Below are positions 9,541-18,946 of a DNA stretch of 64,000 nucleotides, piece after piece. The stretch is from the sequence record OR083247.1; one strand, given 5' to 3'. The DNA is from Escherichia phage Bf23. Position 1 is the stretch's first letter. Each line of letters opens with the position of its first letter. The position numbers and the translations under genes are program-made. The notes beneath the pieces are model-generated. The model was not told the DNA's origin and made no database searches. It was given only the letters and a program-made list of their open reading frames with translations.

Positions 9541-9837
9541 ATGACTAAAGCTGAAATTATTGCACAGTGCGAAAAATTTGGTGAGTTTTATCTTCATTAC
9601 GAGAAACTTCGTCAGAAAGGAACCACGTACCTTCAGGGTACAATGGAATTTGATCCGGCCCAAGATAAATATCTGGCTGAGCGTATTAAACGTGAACGTA
9701 TTCGTAAAGCGAAAGATGATGAAATCCTTGTCTTCTCTCGTACTAATGATAGCTTCCGTTTTATTCCTGTCGAGAAAGTTCGTCGTGTGACTAGCCTCCA
9801 ATCAGAGTTAGATCGTGCTTCTCCAGTAGGCCGATAA
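9541..9837 (+). CDS. Hypothetical protein (98 aa)
   Basis: ORF with RBS AAAGGAAC; terminator immediately downstream. Confidence 0.5.
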   Translation: MTKAEIIAQCEKFGEFYLHYEKLRQKGTTYLQGTMEFDPAQDKYLAERIKRERIRKAKDDEILVFSRTNDSFRFIPVEKVRRVTSLQSELDRASPVGR

Positions 9838-9847
9838 GAAAACAATT

Positions 9848-9869
9848 AGCCCCTATATGGGGCTTTTTG
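9848..9869 (+). terminator. Rho-independent terminator
   Basis: AGCCCC-TATAT-GGGGCT followed by TTTTT. Confidence 0.7.
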
Positions 9870-9887
9870 TGTATTTGGGATATGTAA

Positions 9888-10196
9888 ATGAGCGAACAGG
9901 TAAATCAAAACTATGAAGGACACGTTGATGACCAGTCCATCATACTTTGGGAGAAGGAGGGGGAACAAGTAAGATTAACAGTATCTGAATTTCGTGGGAA
10001 TCTATACATGGGTATTCGTTACTGGCTTCTTGATATTAATGATGAATGGTTTCCAACGAAATCTGGCTTCTCTTTTCCTTACACCCTAGAAACAACATCA
10101 CAGCTTTTCTATGCGTTTACACAGATTCTTAGCGAATCTGAGGTTTTACATGAAGTACAGAAACGAGCTGAAGAACTCAAAGCCAAGAATGCCTAG
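9888..10196 (+). CDS. PC4/Sub1-like ssDNA-binding protein
   Basis: VRLTVSEFRGNLYMGIRYW and PTKSGFSFP resemble the PC4 C-terminal domain (..VSVRDFKGK.LIDIREYW..P.RKGISL). A PC4-like protein is known from T5-like phages. Confidence 0.55.
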   Translation: MSEQVNQNYEGHVDDQSIILWEKEGEQVRLTVSEFRGNLYMGIRYWLLDINDEWFPTKSGFSFPYTLETTSQLFYAFTQILSESEVLHEVQKRAEELKAKNA

Positions 10197-10210
10197 TTCT
10201 TGGCTTTTTC
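10182..10210 (+). terminator. Rho-independent terminator overlapping the stop of the PC4-like gene
   Basis: GCCAAGAA-TGCCTAG-TTCTTGGC followed by TTTTTCTTT. Confidence 0.65.
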
Positions 10211-10220
10211 TTTATAAATG

Positions 10221-10275
10221 TATTTGCTTTCAACTCAGTTTTGTTATATAATATTTATATAAATTAATGAGAGAT
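10221..10275 (+). promoter_or_regulatory. sigma70 early promoter
   Basis: TTGCTT (10224-10229), 17-bp spacer, TATAAT (10247-10252), leader ATAAATTAATGAGAGA. Confidence 0.65.
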
Positions 10276-10283
10276 ATAAATAA

Positions 10284-11255
10284 ATGACCAATGTAAAAGA
10301 ATTTATTAAACGCTGTCAAGAAGCATATTATCAAGGTATGTCTTTAATCTCTGATGAGGAGTATGATTGCCTAGTAAAACGCTTCCCGTTAGAGGAAGAG
10401 ATCGGGCCTAAGGGTGATATTCCACATCTGTATCGTATGTATTCTTTACAGAAAGTTTACTATAACCGTGGAGATAAACCACCATTCAATCCTTTAGGTC
10501 AGGTGGAAACCGATAAGTTAGATGGTTGTGCAATTTCTCTGCTATATATTAATGGCGAATTTGTTCAAGCACTAACTCGTGGTAATGGTATTCTGGGGAA
10601 TGATGTCACAAGCAACATAAGATTGCTGAACATCCCTAAAAAGATTTCCCAAAAAGTACCTACTCAAATCACTGGTGAAGTTCTAATTACAAAAGAAGTA
10701 GAAAATAAACGTAACTTTGCCTCTGGTGCTATTAACCTCAAAGATAGCGATGATTTCGTACAACGTATCGGGGAAGGTGGTTTAATCTTTGTTGCTTATG
10801 GTATCCAATGTTCTGCTGAATCTGTGGGTATTACAGAAGCATATTTAAAAGATATGCTTTGGCTAGAGAATGAGAACTTCTTAACAGTTGTTAATGTGCG
10901 TTCCTTCTTTAAATGGATTCCGACGGACGGTAAAGTTGTTCGTATTAATGACAACAACAAATTCTTCCGTGAAGGCTGGACTAATAAATTCCCTCGTGGA
11001 GCATTCGCCATTAAAGAGGATGAAGAAGGCGAGATTACAACTCTTACTAAGGTTGAATGGCAGGTAGGGGCTTCTGGTAAAGTAACTCCAGTTGGTTATT
11101 TCGAACCGGTAATTATTGATGATGCTACAATTGTTAAAGCGACTCTTAATAACGTTGATTATATTAACTCTCTCGATCTAGAGATCGGTTGCCAGATTCG
11201 AGTGATTCGTGCTGGTGGTGTAATCCCGTGCATAGTAGAGCGAGTATACGATTAA
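10284..11255 (+). CDS. ligA: NAD-dependent DNA ligase, adenylation (N-terminal) subunit
   Basis: Adenylation motif I KLDG in ETDKLDGCAISLLY; size and position fit a split ligase. Confidence 0.75.
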   Translation: MTNVKEFIKRCQEAYYQGMSLISDEEYDCLVKRFPLEEEIGPKGDIPHLYRMYSLQKVYYNRGDKPPFNPLGQVETDKLDGCAISLLYINGEFVQALTRGNGILGNDVTSNIRLLNIPKKISQKVPTQITGEVLITKEVENKRNFASGAINLKDSDDFVQRIGEGGLIFVAYGIQCSAESVGITEAYLKDMLWLENENFLTVVNVRSFFKWIPTDGKVVRINDNNKFFREGWTNKFPRGAFAIKEDEEGEITTLTKVEWQVGASGKVTPVGYFEPVIIDDATIVKATLNNVDYINSLDLEIGCQIRVIRAGGVIPCIVERVYD

Positions 11256-11395
11256 TACATAATCCTTTGCTACCCATCTACCATATCGGAATTATAAAGT
11301 GGTTATTGACATTTTCGCCGCTTAGGTATATACTATTATCATTCAGTTGAGGGATAGAAAGTTATGGCGAGGGTAAGCAAAGTTAGTTAAAATTG

Positions 11396-11445
11396 TAGTT
11401 GCTAAATGCTTAAATACTTGCTATAATATTTATATAAATTGATAA
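11396..11445 (+). promoter_or_regulatory. sigma70 early promoter inside the ligase split
   Basis: TTGCTA (11399-11404), 17-bp spacer, TATAAT (11422-11427), leader TATAAATTGATAAGGAAG. Confidence 0.6.
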
Positions 11446-11454
11446 GGAAGAAAT

Positions 11455-12237
11455 TTGATGAAAATCGAAATTCCAACACAATGTCCCTCTTGTGGTTCTA
11501 AGCTAGATCTTGTCAACGGACAATTATTTTGTCGTAATAAGTCCAACTGTCCAGCGCAATCAAGTAAGTTAATTGAGAACTTCTGTACAAAAATGAAGTT
11601 AAAGGGTTTTGGCCCGAAAACTATTGAGAAGCTGGAGCTGACGAAGATTTCAGAACTATTTTACCTAACCGAAGAAGATTTGGTTAGAGCCGTGGGTAGC
11701 AAGGTTGCCGCTAAGTTAATTAGCGAATTAAATACTAAAGTTCGCGGAGACATTGACTTTGGTTCAGTTCTCGGTTCTTTAGGAATCTCTCTAATTGGAG
11801 AGGTTGCAGCAAAGAAATTATCCCAAAATTGCACTAGCTTCCACGATGTGAAGGCTGACGGCAAGGCTGGAGAAAACTATAAAGCCTGGCTAAATTCCCC
11901 ACAAGGCAAGGATGTTATCGAATTACCGTGGAAATTCACAACTGGTATTAAAGGTGCTAAAGCTGACATCATCATTACTGATGGTCTAGTAGCCCAACCA
12001 AACGGAATAACGGTATGTATTACCGGATCTTTGCAAGATTTTGCAAATAGAACGGATGCAACAAACTATTTAGAAGGTCTAGGATATACGGTTAAGAAAT
12101 CCGTTACCAAAGACGTCAAATACCTAATCTGTGAGGATGAATCGAAGCGTTCTTCCTCATCTTATAAGAAAGCCGAAACGAATGGGATAGAAATCCTGTC
12201 GATTAAAGAACTATTGGAGAAAAATAATAATGTCTAA
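11455..12237 (+). CDS. ligB: NAD-dependent DNA ligase, C-terminal subunit (Zn finger / HhH / BRCT-like part)
   Basis: Cys4 zinc finger CPSCGSKLD..CRNKSNCP at the N-terminus, as in the C-terminal half of LigA-type ligases. Confidence 0.65.
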   Translation: MMKIEIPTQCPSCGSKLDLVNGQLFCRNKSNCPAQSSKLIENFCTKMKLKGFGPKTIEKLELTKISELFYLTEEDLVRAVGSKVAAKLISELNTKVRGDIDFGSVLGSLGISLIGEVAAKKLSQNCTSFHDVKADGKAGENYKAWLNSPQGKDVIELPWKFTTGIKGAKADIIITDGLVAQPNGITVCITGSLQDFANRTDATNYLEGLGYTVKKSVTKDVKYLICEDESKRSSSSYKKAETNGIEILSIKELLEKNNNV

Positions 12238-12997
12238 ACTGAACTGGAACGTAGAAGGTGTAACCGAGTCTCTGAAAGCAAAAGCCACTGCTCTGGGTGT
12301 TGATGTAATCTCTCAAGAACAAGTAGCTGCTATCGCCGCTGAACTGGCTGCTGAAACTGGCAAAGACGTTACCGCTCGCTCTGTTGGCTCTAAGCTGCGT
12401 AAAGAAGGTTTCGAAGTACAGAAAGCTAACGAAGTACAGAAATCCCCGTGGACTCCTGAGCAGGAAGCTGAACTGGTTGATTTCCTGAACGCTCACGCTG
12501 GTCAGTATACCTATGCTGAAATCGCTGCTGCTGTAGCTGGTGGTCAGTTCGGTGCTAAACAGGTACAGGGTAAGATCCTGAGTCTGGAAATGACCGCTTC
12601 TGTTAAACCAACTGAAAAAGCTGCTGCTGTTCGTTCCTTCACTCCGGATGAAGAAACTGATTTTGTTAATCAGGTTGTTGCTGGTGCTACTATTGAAGCT
12701 ATCGCTGCTCACTTCGGTCGTAATATCAAGCAGATCCGTGGTAAAGCTCTGAGCCTGCTTCGTGAAGGTCGTATCGCTGCTATGCCGGTACAGGAAACCT
12801 CAAGTGCTAAAACTCGTGAAGATCTGTTAGAAGGTCTGGATCTGGTTAACATGACTGTTGCTGAGATCGCTGAGAAAACTGGTAAATCTGAGCGCGGTGT
12901 TAAATCTATGCTGTCTCGTCGTGGTCTGGTTGCTAAGGACTATGATGGTGCCGCTAAGCGTGCTAAACTGGATGCAAAAGCTGCGGCTGCTGAATAA
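12230..12997 (+). CDS. Hypothetical, probably abundant Ala-rich protein with an internal duplication (255 aa); possibly a D5-like DNA-binding protein
   Basis: Strongly host-like codon usage (CTG, CGT, GGT, GCT); two similar segments by eye (..TPEQEAELVDFLNAHAG..AEIAAAV.. and ..TPDEETDFVNQVVAGAT..IAAHF..). Confidence 0.55.
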   Translation: MSKLNWNVEGVTESLKAKATALGVDVISQEQVAAIAAELAAETGKDVTARSVGSKLRKEGFEVQKANEVQKSPWTPEQEAELVDFLNAHAGQYTYAEIAAAVAGGQFGAKQVQGKILSLEMTASVKPTEKAAAVRSFTPDEETDFVNQVVAGATIEAIAAHFGRNIKQIRGKALSLLREGRIAAMPVQETSSAKTREDLLEGLDLVNMTVAEIAEKTGKSERGVKSMLSRRGLVAKDYDGAAKRAKLDAKAAAAE

Positions 12998-13028
12998 TCT
13001 GGTAAATTAAACCTAAGGGGAGGGGGCT

Positions 13029-14552
13029 ATGCTCCTTCCCCTTTTTGCATTTAGAAGGCACGAAAGCGTGCAAAGGAGAATGACCTTGTTTAACGTGCAA
13101 GCTGTAGTGTTGAAGATGCTTCTAGCTTCCGAACAGAAGCAAATAGCATTGGAAACATTCTCAAAACTGCATAAAGATCATTTTAATGACGCTTTCTCCT
13201 CAATTTACCAAGCCGTCCAGAATTATTATAAAAAATATAACACAATGCCGTCCATTGACGCACTTATGCTTGAAGCTAATAGGAACGCCCGCCTTTCTCA
13301 AGCTCTAGTCGTCTTAGCTAACACTCAAATTCCAGAAGTGAGCATGGAACAGGCACTTGAAGTCCTAGAGGCTGAATATACACAGGATTTATTCCTGAAG
13401 CTTCTAGAAACAGACGTGCTTCAAGATTTAACAATGCTGGATCAGGGAGAAATTCTCAACCGAGTTGCCTCCCTTCACTTAAAATTAGAAGAGAAAGTAA
13501 CGAATACTGGAAAAGTATTCAACGCAGATAACATGCGTATTTTCCAGAGAGAAGAAGATACCAAACTGAACTTAATCGCTCTTGGTATTTGTAATGAGTT
13601 CGACGCTCAAATTGGTTTAGCTCGCACAGAAACGTTACTGCTTGGTGGTTGGCGTGGTACTGGTAAATCCATTATCTGTTCAAACATACAGGTTCAGCAA
13701 TATTTGAATGGGGATATTGCTCCATACTTCTCAATTGAGATGAAAGAACATGAAGTATTTAGACGTAATCTAGCCATGTTAGCTGGTGTATCAGCACTAG
13801 CAATGCGTAATAATACTCTAGAAGGTGCGGCTCTGTTGAGATTAGCCAGAACTAGAGCTAGGATGTTTAACGGTGGTGAAGAGCTTTTCGATAACTTCGT
13901 TAAACAGTACACAATGGCTAAGATGAGTGATTTCTACGATATGGAAAGTAAGCTAATAGAAGGGTATGAGCTACATACTCCTATGATTATTGTTTATGAT
14001 CCTGAGCTGTCTATTACAACAGTTGACGTAGAATTAAATAAATTAGTTGCTAGATATGGGGATAAAGTTACAGTAGCTTTACTTGACTATATTAACCAAA
14101 CCCGACTTCCAGATTCTAAAACCATTGATATGTATGACTGGAAAGAACAGATGGTTGTTAGCTCGTCTTTCAAATCTATCTGTCAGAAACATAACGTGGC
14201 TGGTGTAGCTCCTTACCAGATCGATCAAGATGGTAGAACACGTATGTCAAAAGGGATTCTTGATTCCGCAGACATGGCTGCTAATCTTAACGCTGCAAAA
14301 GCTGATAATGGTCAAGGTGCTATTATGTTTGACTTCGTTAAGACTCGTTCTTCTGATAGCGTGAAGTTTATGCCTAAAATGAACTGGGAAACCCTGCGGA
14401 TGGATAACACTACCAACCTAGCAATGGAAGATATATCTCAAATGGAAGCTGAGTTCGTTATCCCTATTGAGAAGGATAAGCCGGCTCAATCTAAACGTGC
14501 TAAGAAAGACAAAGCTGAAAATTCAACAGGTGAACAGGCCAGCGATATATGA
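13029..14552 (+). CDS. Replicative DNA helicase (RecA-fold P-loop ATPase; alternative start at ATG 13080)
   Basis: Walker A GGWRGTGKS, Walker B-like MIIVYDPEL; 4-nt overlap with the downstream primase gene. Confidence 0.65.
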   Translation: MLLPLFAFRRHESVQRRMTLFNVQAVVLKMLLASEQKQIALETFSKLHKDHFNDAFSSIYQAVQNYYKKYNTMPSIDALMLEANRNARLSQALVVLANTQIPEVSMEQALEVLEAEYTQDLFLKLLETDVLQDLTMLDQGEILNRVASLHLKLEEKVTNTGKVFNADNMRIFQREEDTKLNLIALGICNEFDAQIGLARTETLLLGGWRGTGKSIICSNIQVQQYLNGDIAPYFSIEMKEHEVFRRNLAMLAGVSALAMRNNTLEGAALLRLARTRARMFNGGEELFDNFVKQYTMAKMSDFYDMESKLIEGYELHTPMIIVYDPELSITTVDVELNKLVARYGDKVTVALLDYINQTRLPDSKTIDMYDWKEQMVVSSSFKSICQKHNVAGVAPYQIDQDGRTRMSKGILDSADMAANLNAAKADNGQGAIMFDFVKTRSSDSVKFMPKMNWETLRMDNTTNLAMEDISQMEAEFVIPIEKDKPAQSKRAKKDKAENSTGEQASDI

Positions 14553-15439
14553 GTAGAATAACAGAACTACTTGATCTGAAAGGCATTGAATATAAAGACA
14601 CAGGTGGGGACATCCTCATCTGTTGTCTCAATCCAGATCATGACGATAAACACCCAAGTTTGCGTATTGACCCTGAAACAGGTATTATGCACTGCTTGAG
14701 TTGTGGCTTCGGTAAGGGTATACCGAGCATTTACCATTATTTTAATGAGACTCAGTACCGACAGTCCCCAAGGCTATCGCAAGTACGTAAAAAGATTTCA
14801 GAGATTAGGAATGGATCAACGAATCTTGCAATCCCTGAATCTGCTTACCTTTTCGAAGGTGATTTCCGAGGTATAAGTTCTAAGACCTTGAAGAAATATT
14901 TTGCTTTCCAACACCAAGCAGACTGGGAAGGCAGAATTGTATTCCCAATCACAGATGCTGTTGGACGCAATATCCTATTTTTGGGTCGTTCTATAAACAG
15001 TTCTGCCCCTCCTAAATACTTAGTAAAACCAAAACAAGTTTCACCACCAATTTTTCCTGTACGATATAATACTCCAGTCCTTATTCTAGTTGAAGGCATC
15101 TTTGATATGCTAAACCTAGAGGATAATGGTATAGACTATGCTTCTTGTTGCTTTGGTACACATCAGTTTACTTCGGATAACATTGCAGATAAGTTCAGTC
15201 CTTATATTATTGCCGGCGTAAAAGTTGTTGTTATCTTACTAGATAATGATGCTTCTGGTAATAAAGCTGCACAAGCATTGGCCAAGCTAATTCGTACAAA
15301 AACGCGTTTAACACCTATAGTTGCTAACTTTCTTCTGCCTGAAGGTAAAGACCCTGGTGACTTAAATAAAGAAGAGATTGATATGTTAGCAAAACGTATT
15401 GAAATTTTAGTTGCTGAATCGCTTAAAGATTTGGTATAA
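14549..15439 (+). CDS. DNA primase (DnaG-like: CHC2 zinc finger plus TOPRIM)
   Basis: Zinc finger CCLNPDHDDKHPSLRID..HCLSCGFGKG; TOPRIM-like LVEGIFDMLNL and LLDNDASGNKAA. Confidence 0.8.
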   Translation: MSRITELLDLKGIEYKDTGGDILICCLNPDHDDKHPSLRIDPETGIMHCLSCGFGKGIPSIYHYFNETQYRQSPRLSQVRKKISEIRNGSTNLAIPESAYLFEGDFRGISSKTLKKYFAFQHQADWEGRIVFPITDAVGRNILFLGRSINSSAPPKYLVKPKQVSPPIFPVRYNTPVLILVEGIFDMLNLEDNGIDYASCCFGTHQFTSDNIADKFSPYIIAGVKVVVILLDNDASGNKAAQALAKLIRTKTRLTPIVANFLLPEGKDPGDLNKEEIDMLAKRIEILVAESLKDLV

Positions 15440-15465
15440 TAGTCCTAAATAACTGAGGAGCTACT

Positions 15466-15795
15466 ATGGAATATGTATATATTTATGAGGATGTTCCAGT
15501 ATACGATAGTATAACACACGAAGAGGTTAAACTAGAGCTGTTTACAGTACTAGAGTCCCTTAATAAACGGAAGGATTTTCATTTATTTGGTGATCCTAAA
15601 TTACCTGCATCTTATATTTTCTTTAAAGTAAAAGATACAGGTCAAGAGGTGTATCTAACTTATGATTGGGCTGTTGTAGAAAATACTGAGCAATCTATGA
15701 AAGTGTTAGGCGCTTTTCTGCGTATAGATGAAGAATTTCAGGCACTAGAAAAGCAGCGCAATGAAATGCGTAAATTACTACATACCTATAAATAG
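15466..15795 (+). CDS. Hypothetical protein (109 aa)
   Basis: ORF with RBS GAGGAG upstream. Confidence 0.45.
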   Translation: MEYVYIYEDVPVYDSITHEEVKLELFTVLESLNKRKDFHLFGDPKLPASYIFFKVKDTGQEVYLTYDWAVVENTEQSMKVLGAFLRIDEEFQALEKQRNEMRKLLHTYK

Positions 15796-15804
15796 TATTT
15801 GCTA

Positions 15805-15850
15805 TTATCCCAATATTTTGATATAATATATTGGTAAGTTAGAGAAGAAA
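15805..15850 (+). promoter_or_regulatory. sigma70 promoter (extended -10, weak -35) upstream of the DNA polymerase gene, followed by a leader hairpin
   Basis: TGaTATAAT (-10 at 15832-15837); leader contains inverted repeat TGGTAAGT..ACTTACCA. Confidence 0.5.
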
Positions 15851-15888
15851 CACTGAAGTTATACTTACTTACCAAGAGGAGATTAAAT

Positions 15889-18456
15889 TTGAAAATCGCA
15901 GTAGTTGATAAAGCTCTAAACAACACTCGTTATGATAAACATTTCCAGCTATACGGCGAGGAAGTTGATGTATTCCATATGTGTAACGAGAAGTTATCCG
16001 GTCGTTTGCTCAAAAAGCATATTACCATCGGGACTCCGGAAAACCCATTTGACCCAAATGATTATGATTTTGTTATACTGGTAGGTGCCGAACCTTTCCT
16101 GTACTTTGCAGGTAAGAAAGGTATTGGTGATTATACCGGTAAACGTGTAGAGTATAATGGATATGCTAACTGGATTGCGAGTATCAGCCCAGCCCAGTTA
16201 CACTTTAAACCTGAAATGAAACCAGTTTTTGATGCAACAGTAGAGAATATCCACGATATTATCAACGGTCGTGAGAAGATTGCAAAAGCTGGTGATTACC
16301 GTCCTATTACTGACCCTGATGAGGCAGAAGAATATATCAAGATGGTGTATAATATGGTTATCGGACCTGTCGCATTCGACTCCGAAACCTCAGCACTATA
16401 CTGTCGAGATGGTTATCTGCTTGGTGTTTCTATGTCTCACCAAGAGTATCAGGGTGTATATATCGATTCTGATTGTCTCACAGAGGTTGCAGTATATTAT
16501 CTCCAGAAAATTCTGGATAGTGAAAACCACACTATTGTTTTTCACAACTTGAAGTTTGATATGCACTTTTATAAGTACCATCTGGGGCTTACTTTTGATA
16601 AAGCACATAAAGAACGCAGGCTCCATGATACCATGTTGCAGCACTATGTTCTAGATGAACGTCGTGGTACTCATGGCTTGAAGTCTCTAGCAATGAAGTA
16701 TACCGATATGGGTGACTATGACTTTGAACTGGATAAGTTCAAAGATGATTACTGCAAAGCACATAAAATCAAGAAAGAAGATTTCACCTATGATTTAATT
16801 CCGTTTGATATTATGTGGCCTTACGCTGCGAAAGATACAGATGCCACCATACGTTTGCACAACTTCTTCTTACCAAAGATTGAGAAGAATGAAAAACTTT
16901 GCAGTCTGTATTACGATGTTTTGATGCCTGGTTGCGTATTCTTGCAACGTGTTGAAGATCGTGGTGTACCTATTTCTATCGATCGTTTAAAAGAAGCTCA
17001 GTATCAGTTAACCCATAATCTGAATAAAGCCCGTGAGAAACTGTACACTTATCCAGAAGTTAAACAGCTAGAACAAGATCAGAATGAAGCGTTTAACCCG
17101 AACTCTGTTAAGCAACTTCGTGTTCTTCTGTTCGATTATGTTGGTTTGACTCCAACTGGTAAGTTAACAGATACTGGGGCAGATTCTACGGATGCAGAAG
17201 CTCTGAATGAACTGGCTACGCAGCATCCGATTGCTAAAACTCTTCTAGAGATTCGTAAGCTGACTAAGCTAATCTCTACTTATGTTGAGAAGATTCTTCT
17301 GAGTATTGATGCAGATGGTTGCATTCGTACTGGTTTTCATGAACATATGACTACTTCTGGTCGTCTGAGTTCTTCTGGCAAACTGAACCTGCAACAGTTA
17401 CCCCGTGATGAATCTATTATCAAAGGTTGTGTAGTAGCTCCTCCTGGGTATCGTGTAATCGCGTGGGACTTAACAACTGCGGAAGTTTATTATGCTGCTG
17501 TTCTATCTGGGGATAGAAATATGCAACAGGTATTTATCAACATGAGAAATGAACCTGATAAATACCCAGACTTCCACTCTAACATCGCACACATGGTGTT
17601 TAAGCTGCAATGCGAACCCCGTGATGTTAAGAAGTTGTTCCCAGCACTACGTCAGGCAGCTAAGGCAATTACCTTTGGTATTTTGTATGGTTCTGGCCCA
17701 GCTAAAGTAGCTCATTCTGTTAATGAGGCTCTTCTGGAACAGTCTGCTAAAACAGGCGAACCGTTTGTTGAATGTACTGTTGCGGATGCGAAGGACTATA
17801 TCGAAACTTACTTCGGTCAGTTCCCACAGCTTAAGCGTTGGATTGATAAGTGCCACGATCAGATCAAGAATCATGGATTTATCTATAGTCACTTTGGTCG
17901 TAAACGTCGTCTGCATAATATCCATTCCGAAGACCGTGGCGTTCAGGGTGAAGAAATTCGTTCTGGATTTAACGCAATCATTCAGTCTGCTTCTTCTGAT
18001 AGTCTCCTTTTAGGTGCTGTAGATGCAGATAATGAGATCATTTCTCTTGGCTTAGAACAAGAGATGAAGATTGTTATGCTGGTTCATGACTCCGTAGTTG
18101 CTATTGTTCGCGAGGATTTGATCGACCAGTACAATGAAATCCTGATTCGTAATATTCAGAAAGACCGTGGTATCAGTATTCCTGGCTGTCCTATTGGTAT
18201 TGATTCAGATTCTGAAGCTGGAGGTTCTCGTGACTATTCTTGTGGTAAGATGAAGAAACAGCACCCATCAATCGCTTGTATTGATGATGATGAATATACT
18301 CGTTATGTCAAGGGTGTATTACTTGATGCAGAGTTCGAGTATAAGAAACTAGCTGCAATGGATAAAGAGCATCCAGACCACAGCAAGTACAAGGATGATA
18401 AGTTTATTGCTGTATGTAAAGATCTGGATAACGTGAAAAGGATTCTCGGTGCTTAA
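15889..18456 (+). CDS. DNA polymerase, family A, with 3'-5' proofreading exonuclease domain (855 aa)
   Basis: TTG start with RBS AGAGGAG; exo motif VAFDSETSAL, pol motif B RQAAKAITFGILYGSG, motif C VHDSVV. Length equals that recalled for T5 DNA polymerase. Confidence 0.9.
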   Translation: MKIAVVDKALNNTRYDKHFQLYGEEVDVFHMCNEKLSGRLLKKHITIGTPENPFDPNDYDFVILVGAEPFLYFAGKKGIGDYTGKRVEYNGYANWIASISPAQLHFKPEMKPVFDATVENIHDIINGREKIAKAGDYRPITDPDEAEEYIKMVYNMVIGPVAFDSETSALYCRDGYLLGVSMSHQEYQGVYIDSDCLTEVAVYYLQKILDSENHTIVFHNLKFDMHFYKYHLGLTFDKAHKERRLHDTMLQHYVLDERRGTHGLKSLAMKYTDMGDYDFELDKFKDDYCKAHKIKKEDFTYDLIPFDIMWPYAAKDTDATIRLHNFFLPKIEKNEKLCSLYYDVLMPGCVFLQRVEDRGVPISIDRLKEAQYQLTHNLNKAREKLYTYPEVKQLEQDQNEAFNPNSVKQLRVLLFDYVGLTPTGKLTDTGADSTDAEALNELATQHPIAKTLLEIRKLTKLISTYVEKILLSIDADGCIRTGFHEHMTTSGRLSSSGKLNLQQLPRDESIIKGCVVAPPGYRVIAWDLTTAEVYYAAVLSGDRNMQQVFINMRNEPDKYPDFHSNIAHMVFKLQCEPRDVKKLFPALRQAAKAITFGILYGSGPAKVAHSVNEALLEQSAKTGEPFVECTVADAKDYIETYFGQFPQLKRWIDKCHDQIKNHGFIYSHFGRKRRLHNIHSEDRGVQGEEIRSGFNAIIQSASSDSLLLGAVDADNEIISLGLEQEMKIVMLVHDSVVAIVREDLIDQYNEILIRNIQKDRGISIPGCPIGIDSDSEAGGSRDYSCGKMKKQHPSIACIDDDEYTRYVKGVLLDAEFEYKKLAAMDKEHPDHSKYKDDKFIAVCKDLDNVKRILGA

Positions 18457-18946
18457 TTTCAATCTGCCCGTCTATGCGTTACGGGCGTTTGTATCAATTG
18501 AGCAAGAAGGTGATTATTCCGTAATTACAACAAGATATAATAAATATGTGCTAGATAACAGGAAGTTGCCTGGCACGTTTTCTCAACGTAGGCTTATTCT
18601 ATTTGAGAAACGGAAAGAATTACCATACAAGCTCTATCCTATTAGGGGCAGAATATCAATGTTGTCTCAATTAGTTGGGTCAAAGCGTAACCAATTTATA
18701 GATTCTGATGGAAATCTTATTAATTGGAAGAAAACTACGTTCTATGATGTTGTCACCTCTAAAGTTTTACATTCAGCTAGAATTTATAATGGAAAATACC
18801 AATGCTATGTGGCTAAAGTCCCTTATCCATTTGTATTATCCTATGTTCCAGCTTATATAAGCTATATTCTGGTAAATAATAGCCCTGTTATTTATCAAGT
18901 CCATCAAGAGGAGCCTGAAATTCCTAGACTTAGAATAAAATTATGA
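18449..18946 (+). CDS. Hypothetical protein (165 aa)
   Basis: ORF overlapping both the polymerase and the downstream helicase gene. Confidence 0.45.
   Translation: MLNFNLPVYALRAFVSIEQEGDYSVITTRYNKYVLDNRKLPGTFSQRRLILFEKRKELPYKLYPIRGRISMLSQLVGSKRNQFIDSDGNLINWKKTTFYDVVTSKVLHSARIYNGKYQCYVAKVPYPFVLSYVPAYISYILVNNSPVIYQVHQEEPEIPRLRIKL

Noticed and set aside
12203-12712. 169-aa antisense ORF inside the 12230-12997 gene
   Set aside because: Ser/Phe-rich low-complexity product of the complementary strand of an Ala-rich gene.
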